Shown: positions 24,918 through 39,460 of the stretch, one piece after another
Layout: every line of letters starts with the position of its first letter
Position numbering within the stretch: the first letter of the stretch is position 1
Source of the DNA: Eledone cirrhosa
Lineage: Eukaryota
DNA length: 64,000 bases
Direction of reading: 5' to 3'
Assembly (NCBI GenBank): GCA_964016885.1
Contig: CAXHJY010001691.1
Coordinates: 87,322-151,321, forward strand
Program-made: the position numbers and the translations under genes
The notes under the pieces: generated by a model
Databases searched by the model: none
What the model was told of the DNA's origin: nothing
The model's input: the letters and a program-made list of their open reading frames with translations, nothing else

Positions 24918-27884
24918 GTAAGTGATTCAGAAATAACTAGCATTAAATATAGTAACACACAGCTAAACATAAAACATACATTCAACACAAATATATTAAA
25001 TGAAATTTAAGTAAAGGATTAATTTTGTCTTAAGAACATGACAAAATTGATAAAGTATATTGTAGTCTCTAACTACAACATGGTTCCAACAGCCAAAGGT
25101 CAGCAGCTGGGAAACCAAAAGCCTGCCCAGCTAGCCAACTTGCTAGAACGGAAGAAATAAATGCACCAGGCTGAATGCCTTTTGTCATATTGTTCTTTGC
25201 CGTCCGGGTTCACGCTGACTATGTACATCACCATCTTTACACCGACTGGCTTTACCATACTGCCAACCTCACACCAACTCCCTTCATTGGCAACTCCACC
25301 GGTTTAAATAGTCTACCTTCAGTAAAATGCACAAAAACCCGTGCATTATGCTTCAAATCAGTCATGTGATCCATTGTTTGCTTTTCCTCACTTAGTTTTG
25401 CAGATTTGGGAAACAATGTTTTGAATTCGAGTGATACCATTTTCAGCTGATGACTGACTTTACAATCTCCTTTGTAACAATATACTAGCTATGTGATACA
25501 GATTTTACAGGTAAAAACCAACCGGCAAGATACCCAAGGGTAAGCCCTGAGCAAGGTGATTGGATAACATCCATGAGCTTTGCTGAGACAGTTACTTCTG
25601 ACAGGTCCCGCTGGAAGGAGTGTTTCACGACCATCGCCGGGATAAGTGGGTGAAGGAGAATAAGAAGTAGAAGAAGAATATACTAGCTATCTCCTAGGAT
25701 TCATTCTATATACAATACTACCTTCTACTACAAATTTTTGGTCTTTTGCCACTGTAAGATCATCATTATCATTATTTGAGTTGAAATGGAATCCAGCTCA
25801 ACTTTGCCTCTCGGCCATGTGTGGCTTTGATAGCAGGCAAATAATAGTCATTTTTCACCCCACAAACCCTCACCGACAAATTTACGTCATTATGTTAATG
25901 TTACAAATTATTAATCGGATTGTGATGTGGCAGAAACAGTGAAGTGCTAAACTAAAAGCATTCTGTATTTAGTTACATTTATAACCCTTCTGGGTTCACA
26001 TTTCGTCAATATTTGAGTTAGAAGATGGCTCTTAGGATTTTACGTGAGTGTACCCTGACTTTTTCCTGAACAATTGTCTTCATTATGAAGTGACCGCTTT
26101 TATCTATATTAGCGTATGTATTTTCGTGTGTGAGTGTGTGTAGGCCCAGACGTGCGTCGTATGGGATTTAGATCACTCAAAGCCCGACACAAACAAAAAT
26201 ATCAATGATTTCATATACAGACTTCAATTTAGTTAAAACCAAGTACTTTGATCAGGGGAGATTACTCTATAGTGAATTATTTCTCTTGAATAAGATTTTT
26301 TTTTAAAATACGCGATTGACATGACAGTGATGGAAAGTTGAAAGCAAAATTACAACTCGGTGAGAAATTTGAAACAAATACTTAATCTTCGAAGGGAAGA
26401 CGAGGAAAATAGTCTCTGGGTATTCATTATAATTTTGAAAATAGTCTCTGGGTATTCATTATAATTTTGCAAGCAGGGAAAAGCGGACGTAAAATGATGA
26501 TGAGTAAAGAAGGATGACATTCTGTATCAAATTGAGGAAGAAAAGGGAAAGCAAACTATATATAGTCTATTTATTGTTTTTTCACCTCTTTTTATTATAT
26601 AGGTTAACTCATGTTTATAATTTTCCTCCTTTTATTATTAGCAGATTTATATATATAAACCACATTCTGATTTTTACATCTCTAATTTACTTTTATAGGA
26701 CAGAGTGCACCCTGTACACTCTATAAGATGCTTGGTGATAAGAAAGGCATCCCACTGTAGAAACCATATCCTGAAAAGGGTTGAGAGGACTTATCAGTTG
26801 TATTAATCAGCACAATGACTCTCTAGTGCTGCCATCTTGAAAAAATGCACCCAGTATTTTTTGTAAGGTAGCTGGTAATAGGAAAGACATCCAGCTGTAG
26901 AAAACTTGCCAAACAAAGGTTCAAAGATATGACAATGTCGTTAGTGCTGGTGTCATTATAAAATAAATCCAGTACACTCAGCAGAGTGTGGGAACAAATG
27001 TGAGATGCAGAACTTTAACCTGCCTGAGCAGTTAGTAACTCTGCTTGAGTACTGATGTGATCTGGTATAACATATCCTACTCTTGCTAGCAAGGAAAGCA
27101 GGTGTTAAATGACTATGAGAGCCTGATAATTGGCATATAACAGTTTCCATGGGCAGCCAGTCTTAAACTTTTATAGCATGCATGATGATAATAATTCACC
27201 TTTTCAACCCATTCAAGCATGGAAAAGCAGTCATAAAAATTCTTATGGCCATGTACTCTTGCAAAAAACACTGTGAGTGTTGCAGGGGGTTATTAGTTTT
27301 ATACCTTTATAAAAGTGGTAAGAAACTCTCAGTAGAGCTGGACAGCCGAAGGTCTTCAGAGAAGTTATCCCCGTTAAGAAAGTGTTTCAACCCTTAACTT
27401 CTCAAGCTCAAAGGGGACTGGGCCACATCCATGTCATGACTCCTCAGTGCTCTTCTACTGACATTTAACCATTTGAATATCAGAAGCTTGTTGTGTATCT
27501 ACACCATATGAAGCTTGTTGACAAGATCTAGCTATAACTCCTCTCTGTCACCTCTGCTTTCAAACTTAAATTTAAATCCTTTCTCGAGTTTAGAGAAACA
27601 TCGATAGTAATATCTGCAAAATGATTATTGCCACTAGTACCACTATCATTATCATCTTAATCATTATCATCTTTATCATTATCATCTTTTCTTTCCTGTA
27701 TTTTATATCATTACCTCTATTAATATCTTCACCATTATGACTATTATTATCATCACTATCATTTTCATTATCATTTTCATTATAATTATATCCCCCACTC
27801 CATTGAACTAACCCATACAATATGATGCATTATACTTCCATCCAGTACAATGTTTCAATTACTCTACTCTCTTATTACTTTTAG

Positions 27885-27969
27885 GTGTTATCAACTGGAC
27901 AGAACATCATTTTATTGAGTCAGATGCTTTATGAAATGAATGCTGACAACCGTGAATTATTAGATATTG
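27885..27969 (+). CDS. FOCAD: Focadhesin-like exon D (VLSTGQNIILLSQMLYEMNADNRELLDI)
   Basis: TTTTAG acceptor, GTAAGT donor, phase 0/1. Confidence 0.8.
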
Positions 27970-29894
27970 GTAAGTGGCTACATAGTTTTTCTTACCCCTA
28001 TCAACTTCCATAAACTAAATGACTAAATCTCTGAGATTAGTTGTTTTTAATACAGTTATAATTTGTAACTCTTTCATGTATATCACCGACACTAGGGAGG
28101 TTGTCATGACTGTGACACAACAGATGGGTGCTCCTAACCTTTTGTTTGGTAAGCTTTGTATCACTGGATGTCTTTACTATCAATAACCTTTTGTTTGTCA
28201 AGATTTCTATGACTGGGTGCTTTCCTGTCACCAACCACTTTACAATGTGTATTGGGTGCATTTATCATGTAGATCACTAACACTAGGTAGGTTGTCATGA
28301 CTTTGGCCCAGCAGAAGGGTCTTCCCAACCCTTTGTTTGGCAAGCTTTCTATGACTGGATGCCCTTCTTATTACTAACCCTTTGTTTGGCAAGCTTTCTA
28401 TGGCTGGATGCCTTCCTGTCACCAACCACTTTACAGCATTACTGGGTGCATTTATCATATAGATCAATAACATTACAGAGTTTGTCATGCCCTTGACATG
28501 ACTGAAGAGTCCTTCCAAATCCTCCTTTAAAATTGCATGTGTAGAATCTTCACTGATTCTAACCCCAGCACTGATTTGGCACATTGTCAAATAAATATCC
28601 CCCCTTATCAAGTTTGGCACTTCCTTGATAACAACTGCATTGTGGTTTGTTGACGGTCTCCAGGACCAAAATGCTGGTCACTCTCTACCGATGTGTAACC
28701 AGCTTTGTACCTACTGTACTATCCTTTTATTTGAGTAAAATCCATGGGGTCGATTCTTCCTTTACATCTCTTTCTCATTTCATTTCTCTTACCTACTCTG
28801 CTTCTCTAGAAGAAATCTGCTGTGTTCAGACATGGAGAGGAATGGACTCCACCAGACTTCAAATGCCCCCAAAATGCTGTATGCTACTATGGCACCCCAA
28901 ATACTCCATCAGGAATTATGGGACCATACCATACCATACCAAAACCCATGGCATTGTCCCCAAAAGTCTGCTGAATCTTATGAATTGTTTCTGCTTATGA
29001 ATTTCTAAGTTTTTAGCAAACCTTGATGCAAGATTGTTTCTCTACACTTAGTACCATCTTTATCAAAGTGAAAATGTAATGAGTAAATAGTACTGCATCT
29101 CACACACTAACTAAATAACAGTGATTCTTGGATCCAGCAAGCTTGCCAAAACCTGCTCTTGTGCATGAATACCATTAGTTCTTACAAGAACAAATATAGT
29201 CAAATACATTTTTGACAGATCGTGTATGAAGTTTATATTTGTTAGTTTAGCCATTATGTGTTGTTGGTTTGGATAGACTCAATTTCCCTAAATAAGTCTT
29301 GAGTGTTCATCTCAAATTTTCTTTGATTACCTTGGCACAATTGGAATTTCCTACTGCCATACCGTCTCATTGTTTTTCTCAAAGGCAGTGTCAGTCTCAT
29401 TAGCAGTGTCAGACAACATGCTTTGCAACATATAGTTACATTCTCAGTTCAAATTCCGCTGAGGTTAGCTTTTCCTTTCATCCTTACAGGGTTGATAAAA
29501 CGAAGTACCAGTAACAGACTGGGGTTGATTTATTCGACTTTCCCTCTTCCCTTCAAATTGCTGGCATTATGCCAAAAGTAGAAACAATTATTTCACTCAG
29601 CTTGAATCGTCCCTTCCATATATACTACTTAGTTCAGTCACTGCTTCAGCACACGTCTAGTGATACTTCTTCCTTTCTCTGTTCACTTAAATCTAGTGTA
29701 CAGTAGTATTGTACACCTATCATACTCCTCTCATATCCTGTTTTTCCATATATTACAACCCTTACATATGCATCATAAACAAGTCCAAAAGACTTAGAGC
29801 TGTGTGTGTGTGAGAATGTCTGAATGTGTGTGTGTGCATGCAACTTCGTAAACCCCAAATACCATTTAAACTTTCAATGTTACTTATTCTGTAG

Positions 29895-30115
29895 CTTTAA
29901 TTATACTGAACACCAACAAGACTGCACTTCATCCTGTAATCCATGGATGCTTAATATTACCCGTGCTATACCTTATGTTGTCACCCCAAGCTGACGAATT
30001 GACTCAACTTTCTATACAAACATCAAGTACATCCATCATAGAAGCTATGGAAAAAATTCAACTAGATTACAAGGATATAGCTCCAACAGAGTCTAATTCC
30101 ACAACAGAAACAGTG
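29895..30115 (+). CDS. FOCAD: Focadhesin-like exon E (ALIILNTNKTALHPVIHGCLILPVLYLMLSP...TETV)
   Basis: TTCTGTAG acceptor, GTGAGT donor, phase 1/0, open frame. Confidence 0.82.
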
Positions 30116-31682
30116 GTGAGTTTTCTTTTTCTTCTGTCTTTCCTCAATTGTATATTATAGTTTTTATCAATAATAGTTTCTCATTTAGGCACAAGGCAAA
30201 CACATTTTTAGCAGAGGGGAAAATCCTTTATATCGAATCCATTACATTACTGGTACTTTATTTTATCGACCCTGTAAGGATGAAAAGCAAAGCTAACCTC
30301 ATTGGGATTTGAACTGAGAATATGAAGGGATGTAACTCCATGCCATAAAGCATGTCCGATGCTCTACTGATACTGCCAATTCATTGCCATAATTTACCAA
30401 CAATGATTTCAACTATAGGCACAAGGCTAGCAATTTTGGAAAAGGGGAAAGTCGATTAAATTGACCCCAGTGCATTACTGGTGCTTTATTTATCGACCCT
30501 AAAAGGATGAAAGGCAAAGCTAACCTTAGCGGGATTTGAACTCAGAAAGTAAAGGGCCGTAACTTTATGCTACAAAGCATGGTGTCCAATGCTCTATCGA
30601 TTCTGCCAATCTATAATGCCACATGTTAGTAGTAGGAGATTTTGTATCCTAAATGGTAGGATGTTCAGTGTCTTGATGTGGTACATTTCATTTTCAACAT
30701 TCTCCTTAGTAAAACAAATATCACATATCACTTGTTTTCGTTCCTTTCATTCCTTTGAAAAATATTTTATTATCACTAATTAACACCTACAGGATGAATT
30801 AATTACTGCCTACAGGATCAATTATCAGTATGAAACATTTGGCATGACAAGGTTAACAATACTACCGTAATTTTCATCTCCTCTCTGGTTGTCCTTCAAA
30901 GGAGATTAACTCTACAATGTATGTTACAAAATGTTTCTAGATGATTATAGATTAACGGTACCTCCCATCATACTTATTATGCAACAAGCTGGATGGAAAA
31001 TGAAGACCAAATTCTATAGTCAATTGGTTACCACTCTAATAAGCTAGCTAAATTCAATACTTTCATAAAAGAGTAATTTACATCAACAGTTTCATAGTCT
31101 TAACCATATTCTATAAATTTTTTTGTGTCAAATTTATCTTATATACCAAATTTTTATAGTTAAAGTGATTAACATGCAGGGGAACTCATAAGAAACTACT
31201 CTAAGTGAAACATGAATTATATCTTATTATTTTTAAAATAAATATTGTGAAACAAATATTCATGGAATAAAAAAGTTATGGTTAATAAGGGACCTGGTGT
31301 CTTGGAAACAATATAGATAAGAGAAGAGAGACGAGTGAGATCTGAGTGGAGGTGACATGAGATCAGTCAGATATGTGAAACAAAGGCCATTATAGTAGTA
31401 AGAAAAGCAGAGAGAAGAGACAAAACATTTGTGTGTCAGAATCTGGTGCATGCCTGTAAGTGACATGATGCCAATCAGACGAGTGGTGTTTTTCTGGATA
31501 CTGATTTGGCTGTTTGTGTGTGCAGCAGTTGCACCTTACCAAATGTGGGAGTAAAAATCCTTGTGAGTCCAACCTGAGCTTTGTAGAGGGACAAAAATTG
31601 ATCAGGTTGAATGAAGTGGCATTGCAACTTTAAAGAGAAGGAAAGATGGGTGACAGCATGTCAATAGCCATCATCATATGTA

Positions 31683-31850
31683 CCATATTTCGCAGCGCCA
31701 AAGACGCTTCGTCCTCGAGGATGCACCCTAATTTTGACAACCAAAAATTTGAAAAAAATTAATAAACAACCTTCGGCCTTCGGGACACATGGTAGATTTT
31801 TGAGACTTATTTTAGGAAAAAGGTAGTGCCTCCAATGCCGGGAAATATGC
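31683..31850. mobile_element. Short pogo-like MITE
   Basis: TA-CCATATTTCGC...GGGAAATATGC-TA imperfect inverted ends. Confidence 0.5.
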
Positions 31851-32980
31851 TATATACAGTTGTCATATATTGTTTTTACTCATTTTAGTCATTTATCTCT
31901 TTCATTATTTTTATTCATGCACTTTTTTTAGCGTTGTGGTTAGAGAATTGGATTTGCAATCATGAGGTTGCAAGTTCAATTCACGGACAGTGCAATGTGT
32001 TATGTCCTTAAGCAAGACACTTAATTTCACTTTGCTCCTTCTTCCAGGAGTTGAAGCTGGTAAATAATAATTGTTTCTACTTTTTGGCACAATGCCAGCA
32101 ATTACCCAGTACATTACTGGTACTTTATTTTATCGACCCCGTAAGGATGAAAGGCAAAGTTAACCTCGACAGGATTTGAACTCAGACCATAATGGGACAT
32201 AACTATGCTAGAAAGCATGGCGTCCAACCCTCTACCGATACTGCCAATTCACCGCCCTAAAGCTGGTAAATAATAATTGTTTCTACTTTTGGCACAAGGC
32301 CAGCAATTATCCAGTACATTACTGGTACTTTATTTTATCGACCCCGTAAGGATGAAAGGCAAAGTTAACCTCGGCGAGATTTGAACTCAGACCATAAAGG
32401 GACGTAACTATGCTATAAAACATGGCGTCCAACTCTCTACCAATACTGCCAATTCAGCAATGGATAGACCAATGGAAACATTATTTCTTTGGTCCAGTTT
32501 GACTAGTTCCATCCGACTCAGTGAGTGAGTGAGGTCTGAGAGCTTATTGATCATTTCCATTCTTCTATTATAAACTTGATACATCTACAACTTGATCTCT
32601 GGCAGTCTATCTAGCTAACAATAACCAGATCAAATATTAGAGGGATATGGGTTGGCAGTAGCAGTAGAATTTTGAACAACATGCTTTGTAGCATAGAGTT
32701 ATGACCTTTTACATTCTGACTTCAGATCTCACCAAGGTTAGCTTTGCCTTTCATCCTTATAGGGTCGATAAAATAAAGTACCAATAATGCACCGGGGTCA
32801 ATTTAATTGACTTTTCCCTCTCCAAAATTCTTAGCTTTGTGTCTAAATCAGAAAACAGTATTATCTTTGCTTTGTCTTTTCTCAGTATTTATTTATATAG
32901 TAATGCTTATATGCCATTTTAAACAAATTTTTTTTTTTACCCTCCTCTCTTTTTAATCTCCTCTCCTTTTAATATTTTAG

Positions 32981-33250
32981 CCAATTTCCTGGTCTGAAGA
33001 ACCATGTATGACTGAAGAAGCATATAAAAGCAGGCTCTATTTGAAATTGTGTTGTGATATAGTAAAGGAATCGGAAATAAATTGCCTTCTGTTAATGAAC
33101 AACATCAAAGAATCCCTGGTTTCCATCACTGAAATACCTGTGATATTGACCAACTTTTTAGCATCATTATTTGTCACACCACAATGTACAAATTTGTCTT
33201 CAATTGCTATGAATGGTTTACTTGTAGTTGCTGAAAAGGATGACAATCAG
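32981..33250 (+). CDS. FOCAD: Focadhesin-like exon F (PISWSEEPCMTEEAYK...VAEKDDNQ)
   Basis: Long pyrimidine tract + TAG, CAG/GTCAGA donor, 90 open codons. Confidence 0.82.
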
Positions 33251-33344
33251 GTCAGATTGATATCCTTAATAATCTATCATCATCACCATCATAAAAAACC
33301 ACCATCATTTTCATCACCACCATCATCACTATTGCCACCACCAT

Positions 33345-33880
33345 CATTTAGTCTTCCTTTCACTTTGAGAGAGAAACCATTCGTAGACAGCTGTTGTAGT
33401 AGCTCCATCAACTCTTTCCAACTGGTTCTCAAGCTGTCTACTGCTCTTTTGGAACTGCTTCATTGCAAATTTGGGCACCCGGGTAACAGAAGCTGTCAAC
33501 TACCTCTAGAGAGCCATCTGAGCTTTTAGTATGGCTTGTTTCATGCGAGCTCTTATTGCTGATTGCATCTGTGCATCTGCCACATACAAAGCCTACATTC
33601 TTTGCTAGCCTGCCCAAGATCATTTTGTTCATAGAGAGGACTTTCTAACTACTCCTTTCTAGCATACTGAGAATTGACATTTCTCTGAAGGAATCAGGGC
33701 CACGTTTTCTTTTTTACTGACTAGTCCTTAAGTCTTTGCCATGCCTGTGGATGTAGGTTTTGCTTATATGTATGGAGATTCTTCTTTAATTCTGTTTCAG
33801 ATTTTGTTATGAGGACTAGGTCATTGTACATAGTTCTCATGTGCAGCCATTCTTAAACTCCTTTGATGTGGGTGTCTACC
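33345..33880 (-). mobile_element. Highly decayed RTE LINE fragment
   Basis: FVCGRC...LEVVDSFCY remnant (ORF 33438-33632). Confidence 0.65.
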
Positions 33881-34611
33881 TCCTTGATAGTGATAACAAC
33901 ATTGTTGCTGTTGATATCTCCACTGTCAGTGATTACTATTATATTATATTGGCACAAAGCTCTGTTCCACACTGTAAATGTGGTTGGTGTTAGGAAGGGC
34001 ATCCAGCTGTAAAATGCCTGGCCAAATTTACAGTCCCATCAGAGCAAGGTACAGAGTGGCTGATTCTGGTCAGACTTGTCTCCCAGCATTGACAACACAT
34101 CTAACCCATGAAAGCATGGAAAAATGGATGCTAATTGGTGTTGATGATGATGATGAAAGCTACAAATTTAGTAGGACATTTAACCAACCCACGTACATTA
34201 CTAGTCCCTATATTATTCCCCTTAGATGTTTGAAAGACAACGCTACTGAATATTTAAATCAAAATATAAAGAGACATGAGTAAATACTGCAAAGCATTTT
34301 TTTTCTGTATTCTAACATTACTAGCATCTATATGACTAACTTTTGTACAGAAGCAGATATAGTCAACTGAATTCACCTCATATATTCATTACTGATAATT
34401 ATTTTATAAGTTCTAGAGTATTTAAAAGCCCACTGAACCCCTAGCAAAAGATATTGATGAAGCTAATTAATGAGGCACATTCAATCCAGTCAGAACAATA
34501 CCTTAATGTTGGTAGGGGGGGGGGGGGCAGTTAGGGCTGGTTTGAACAGAAAGAGATGAGAGAATTCTGGCCAGATATGGCAGGTTTATGTACTTTTTCT
34601 TTGAACATTTA

Positions 34612-34813
34612 CCATATATACTAGAATATAAGCTGATACAAATATAAGGTGACCTCACTATTTTATGTCTGAGAAATGGATAAAAATCCAAACCTTATTT
34701 ACGTAGAATTTGACCCTGAATATAAACCAACTCACTGTTCTACCATCGATTTTTTTATTTATTTTTTTTTTTTTACTCACATATTCCTCAGCTTATATTC
34801 GAGTTTATATGGT
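34612..34813. mobile_element. pogo-like MITE; a related copy at about 42355-42990 is split by a SINE
   Basis: CCATATATACTAGAATATAAGCTGA...TCAGCTTATATTCGAGTTTATATGG inverted ends. Confidence 0.65.
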
Positions 34814-34910
34814 CAGTCTGAAAAACGTAGACATAAGGCCAATTATAAATAACTCAGTATGTAGCTGGTATTATATTTGTTTAATGTTGTTGCATGCTAT
34901 TTTTTTTCAG

Positions 34911-35015
34911 GCTTCATTTTTGCTTCCTCTGTTTCTCTATCAAATTGGACGTGAACCAGATCCATATCGCAAATTGAACATACTTGCCGCTATTCCGAAA
35001 CTTGCCCAACACAAG
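34911..35015 (+). CDS. FOCAD: Focadhesin-like exon G (ASFLLPLFLYQIGREPDPYRKLNILAAIPKLAQHK)
   Basis: T-tract + CAG acceptor, AAG/GTATTG donor. Resembles FOCAD LIPVLMFKLGR...LPKLGVHK (from recall). Confidence 0.88.
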
Positions 35016-35946
35016 GTATTGCCATTTACATTATATATTTTGAATGTACCATGCTAATTTCTAATTTGATTTTACTTATTTTTTATGAACATTTTATTTA
35101 TTTTTTATAAAAATCATGATAGCTATGTTTATTTTATGCTATATTCAAAGTAGGAAGGGCAACATGCATGGAAAACCATTGGGGTAGGTGATTGTGGGTA
35201 GAAAGTTTACGATCATTGCCCATGGGTTACTCCAGTCGAAAAAAGTGCATCAAGGTTTCGACAGCTGATCTGAATACTGATTGGTTGAAAATGTGTGGAA
35301 TCAATTAGAGGCACCAAGATACCAGGTGGTATTGTTAGAATAGTTAACAAATTACGTCGACCAGATAAGGATCAAAATAATTATTTTATATGTCCTAGAG
35401 TATTTAAAAACAACTGAACCCCTAGCAAAAGAGATTGATGAAGCTAATTTCTGAGGAACATTCAGTCTACCATCTTTAGTTTTGTTAATAATTACATTTT
35501 ATTTTTTATTTAATATGATTTTTCTTTGAACATTTACCATATATACCATTTACCATATATAAGCTGATCAAAATATTAGATGATATCTCATTAGTTCATG
35601 TCGAAGCACATGTAAATTACAATTTAGGAAAAATGGAATGTTTCCCAAATTAATCGGAAAATAGAGCGAGAATGCATCCATGGTGGAACACCATTGAAAT
35701 TGAAATTTGCTAATTATTTTAATAACTTATCATCTGCATAGCCATTCCTGCATCTACCCAATATATTTATAAAATATTGAAGTATAGTATGCATAAATGT
35801 ATAACTCGAAATCCTGTGCATTGTGTATTTAAAATATTTTTGAAATTATTTCAACAGATATTTAAGCATTAAGAAAAACTGAATGCTTTTATAAGATTGG
35901 TTCGAAATATTATAATTGATTTTAAAATCTTCTGTCTCTCCCATAG

Positions 35947-36176
35947 GCGGTAGTGGGTCCAATTTTGAAATCTATTCAAGAATTGGGCAATTACAAGGGG
36001 CTGAAAGCCACTTTCCTTACATTACTGACAGAATTGTGGCAAATACAGGACCGATGCTTCCCCCAGTTGCAGAAAGCACTTACTGATGTACCCATCACTC
36101 CAGATAACATACCATCCATTCCTGAAGAAATAGTTTTTGCTAAAGCACAATCAATTAAAAATATCTGCAAATTAAG
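35947..36176 (+). CDS. FOCAD: Focadhesin-like exon H (AVVGPILKSIQEL...LWQIQDRCFPQLQK...AKAQSIKNICKLR)
   Basis: CATAG acceptor, AG/GTAATT donor. Strong resemblance to FOCAD LWEKQDRVYPELQ...AKAASIRDICKQR (from recall). Confidence 0.92.
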
Positions 36177-37106
36177 GTAATTTTCTTGTTGAATATATCA
36201 TACTGATGGTAGAAGTCAATGAAAAGACTGTTTTTACAAACTATGCTAAATTGTTAGTGAAAGCAGACAGTATAATGGTTTTCTTTCTTTAAAATGTCTT
36301 TAATTGATTAATGAAGCACTCTAATCAGGTTTCAAATCATTTTCTCAAAAATGTATTTTTATTCCATTGAAACTAGTGAATGAAAATATTTTAGTTTATC
36401 ACTCTAATATTCTGATACTGGTGGTCAGTTGAAGCTTCAGCCTGCTATTTGTACTATGTAACCCAGTATAAAAATATTGTAGATTATCAAGCTAATATTT
36501 TAATACAAGTTGTTAGGTCAGACTTCTGCCTGCTACTTGTAACATGTACCCCAGTACAACCTGCTTAATTATCGAGTGGTCAGTGACTAAATTGGCTCCT
36601 CTCACCTTACCTTGGGCTGGTAAGGAGTGTAAGTAGAACTCCAGCAGCACAAAAACAGAGCTGTTAAAAGGGCATATGAACTGCTCAGAGTCCTCATGGA
36701 AAAAAACACAAAGAACCATAGCCAACTATGGGTTAAATAGCCTGCACTGGGCGAAGTGGGGTGAGTATGGCTACATCCCTGGCATGACCACAACCAAACA
36801 GAAAGTAGTGGCGGTCAACCAGGGAGGGGTTCTTCCAACGGGAGTGAGAAGGCCTTAGATTATATTTTAATACAAAAACAAAAAAAAGATTTTCTACTAC
36901 ATAGGTTATTTTATCAGAATATAGTCTAAACTATGGGTTTAAAATTTGGCTGAAGCCCATGAAAAGTAATATTGAAATTTTTTAGAAACTATTATTTCTG
37001 GGTACTGAATACAGTTGTACATTATGAACTTATATTGAAATATTTCTGAATACAAATAAGGAATTTTCTTATATTCTTATATAATATTTAAAGCCAACAA
37101 TATATG

Positions 37107-37532
37107 TGTAACGAAGGGTATTAGTAGTGGTTGTTAGATGAAATAACAAGAATAGCTGTTTTACTTTATATATAAAAAGGTTTACTTCACTTCAGTCAAA
37201 AAGAACAATAAACAAGTTACCACGAGTTGCGAAGGTTGATGATGTTATTTTGTTGTTGGTTCATGAGGCTGGTGTAGTCTGAGACCAGTTGACTGTAGAC
37301 CTCAGCAGCCTGAAGTAGGCGGTGAATCTTTCACATAGCTATGCTATAGCGTATGGCTCCAATCTCTGTGTAAAACGTGGGAAAATATAGGCTTTATATA
37401 CCTGTCGCTTTCTGTCTCCCTACCTCGAGGGATTGCCTACACATGAACCTGTCCACGCTGAAAAGGATGGTGACCTAGAATTTGACTTTTAGGTGTCACC
37501 CAAGGTTCAAGGCGTGGACAGATTTCGCTACA
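37107..37532 (-). mobile_element. Solo LTR (Gypsy-like), 426 bp
   Basis: TGTAACGAA...TTCGCTACA termini, TATG duplicated at 37103-06 and 37533-36, TATATAAAG on the minus strand near 37395. Confidence 0.75.
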
Positions 37533-38828
37533 TATGTACATAAGCATTTCTATAAATGTTTTATTTGCAAAATTCTATGAATAACCAGCTTTAGCTTCTT
37601 TGCCTCGGTACCAAGTGAGTAAACATTACTTATGATGGGTTAATAGTCCTGAAATACTATAGTAATTGGCATTCTCATGAAGCTTCTGAATCAGCTATCT
37701 CATGATGAGAGGTTAAGATATTTACAGTGAGACTCATATGTTTAGCGCATCCAGCAGTATAAAACTCACCAGGCAAATGGTTGCGAAAACTCTTCATTCA
37801 TGTCAAGGACAGGACAACTTCTTTAGTGTTGGTGATTTACACGATAAACACACCCAGAACACACTCCAAAATGATTGGTGATAGGAAAGGCATCCAGCTA
37901 TAGAAATCTTGTCAAACAGAGGGTTGGGAGGAATCTAAGTTGGGTCAAAGACATGGCAACTCTTCTTGTGCACTTAGTGGAATGTGAGACCCAGATCCCT
38001 GGCCTGCCTTGAAGATCAGTGACTCCGTTTCAGTACTGCCTTTGTATTGACTTGTCCAACCCTTGCTAGCAGGGAATATGGACATTCAAATGATGTTTTA
38101 TTATACATAAACATATTTTATATACTTCTATAAATGCCTCTATTCTGAATCATGCTGTGTTAGAGCAACTGCTAATTAATACTAGCTAATCAAACCGGCA
38201 CTATATGCAAATAAACATCTACATAAATATATTATTTGAAAAATTCTATATATAAGAAGCTTTAGCTTTCTTGCCTGAGTAACGAGTTAACAAGTGAGTA
38301 AATGTTACTGAGGATGGCGTTTGGTTTAGCATGTTTGCTGAGAGTTAGTAGACTGATTGGAGCATATGGTCTTATTTACATATATTCAATCACCCTTTAT
38401 TCATGTTTTAACCCTTTAGCATTTACATTACTTTATATTTACTAATATATTTTCATGATAATATCGAATCTTTGAGATTTTGATATTATTTATTTTGAGA
38501 AAAATATCTCAAGCATAAGCGCTTGGTTTGGACAGAAAGAAGTGAGGGAATTCTGGCTGGATGCAGCCAGTTTAAATACTAAAGAGTTAAATAACTAAAA
38601 ATTCTCTACTACTATAAAACAATATCTGTTCCAAGCACACAATTTTACATTAAATCCTTTGCTATGTTATAAACTAAACAAGCTCTTATTTTTATTAAAC
38701 ATCCTAACCACAAATAAAACTTGTCTTTATTCAAGGTACATTATTTGTTTTAGTCAACATTCTTGAAACTATTTTAATGTTTGAAAAGGCATTCTGCCAA
38801 GAAAATTATTAAGCTGATAATGCATAGA

Positions 38829-39460
38829 TTCTTCTTCTTCTTCTTCTTCTTCTTCTTCTTCTTCTTCTTCTTCTTCTTCTTCTTCTTTTTTCTTCTTCTT
38901 TTTTCTTTTTCCTTTTTTTTCTTTTTCTTTTTTTTCTTTTTTTATCTTTTTTTCTTCTTTTTTTTTCTTCTTTTTCTTCTGTTTTCTTCTTTCTTCTTTC
39001 TTCTTTTTTTCTTTCTTTTTTCTTTTTTCTTCCTTTTTCTTCCTTTTTCTTTTTTCTTCCTTTTTCTTCCTTTTTCTTCTTTTTCTTCTTATTGTTTTCT
39101 TTTTTCTTTTTTCTTTTTTCTTTTTTCTTTTTTCTTTTTTCTTTTTTCTTTTTTCTTTTTTCTTTATTTTTCTTCTTTCTTCTTTTTTCTTTTCTTTTCT
39201 TCTCTTTTCTTTTCTTTTCTATTCTTTTCTAGGCTATTCTATTCTTTTTATTTTTCTTCTTTTCTATTCAATTCTTTTCTTTTCTTTTCTTTTCTTTTCT
39301 TTTCTTTTCTTTTCTTTTCTTTTCTTCTTCTTTCCTTTCCTTTCTTTTCCTTTCCTTTCATTTCCTTTCCTTTCTTTTCTTTTCTTTTCTTTTCCTTTCT
39401 TTTCTTTTCTTTTTTCTTCTTTTTCTTTTCTTTTCTTTTTTCTTTTTTTTCTTCTTCTTT
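38829..39460. repeat. (TTC)n / (TTTTC)n polypyrimidine tract
   Basis: About 630 bp almost entirely T/C, starting with pure (TTC)n. Confidence 0.95.

Noticed and set aside
26406-26470. Exact tandem duplication of about 32 bp
   Set aside because: A simple local duplication with no further structure.
28600-29100. Possible mariner transposase remnant
   Set aside because: Too decayed to show clear motifs or TIRs without a search.
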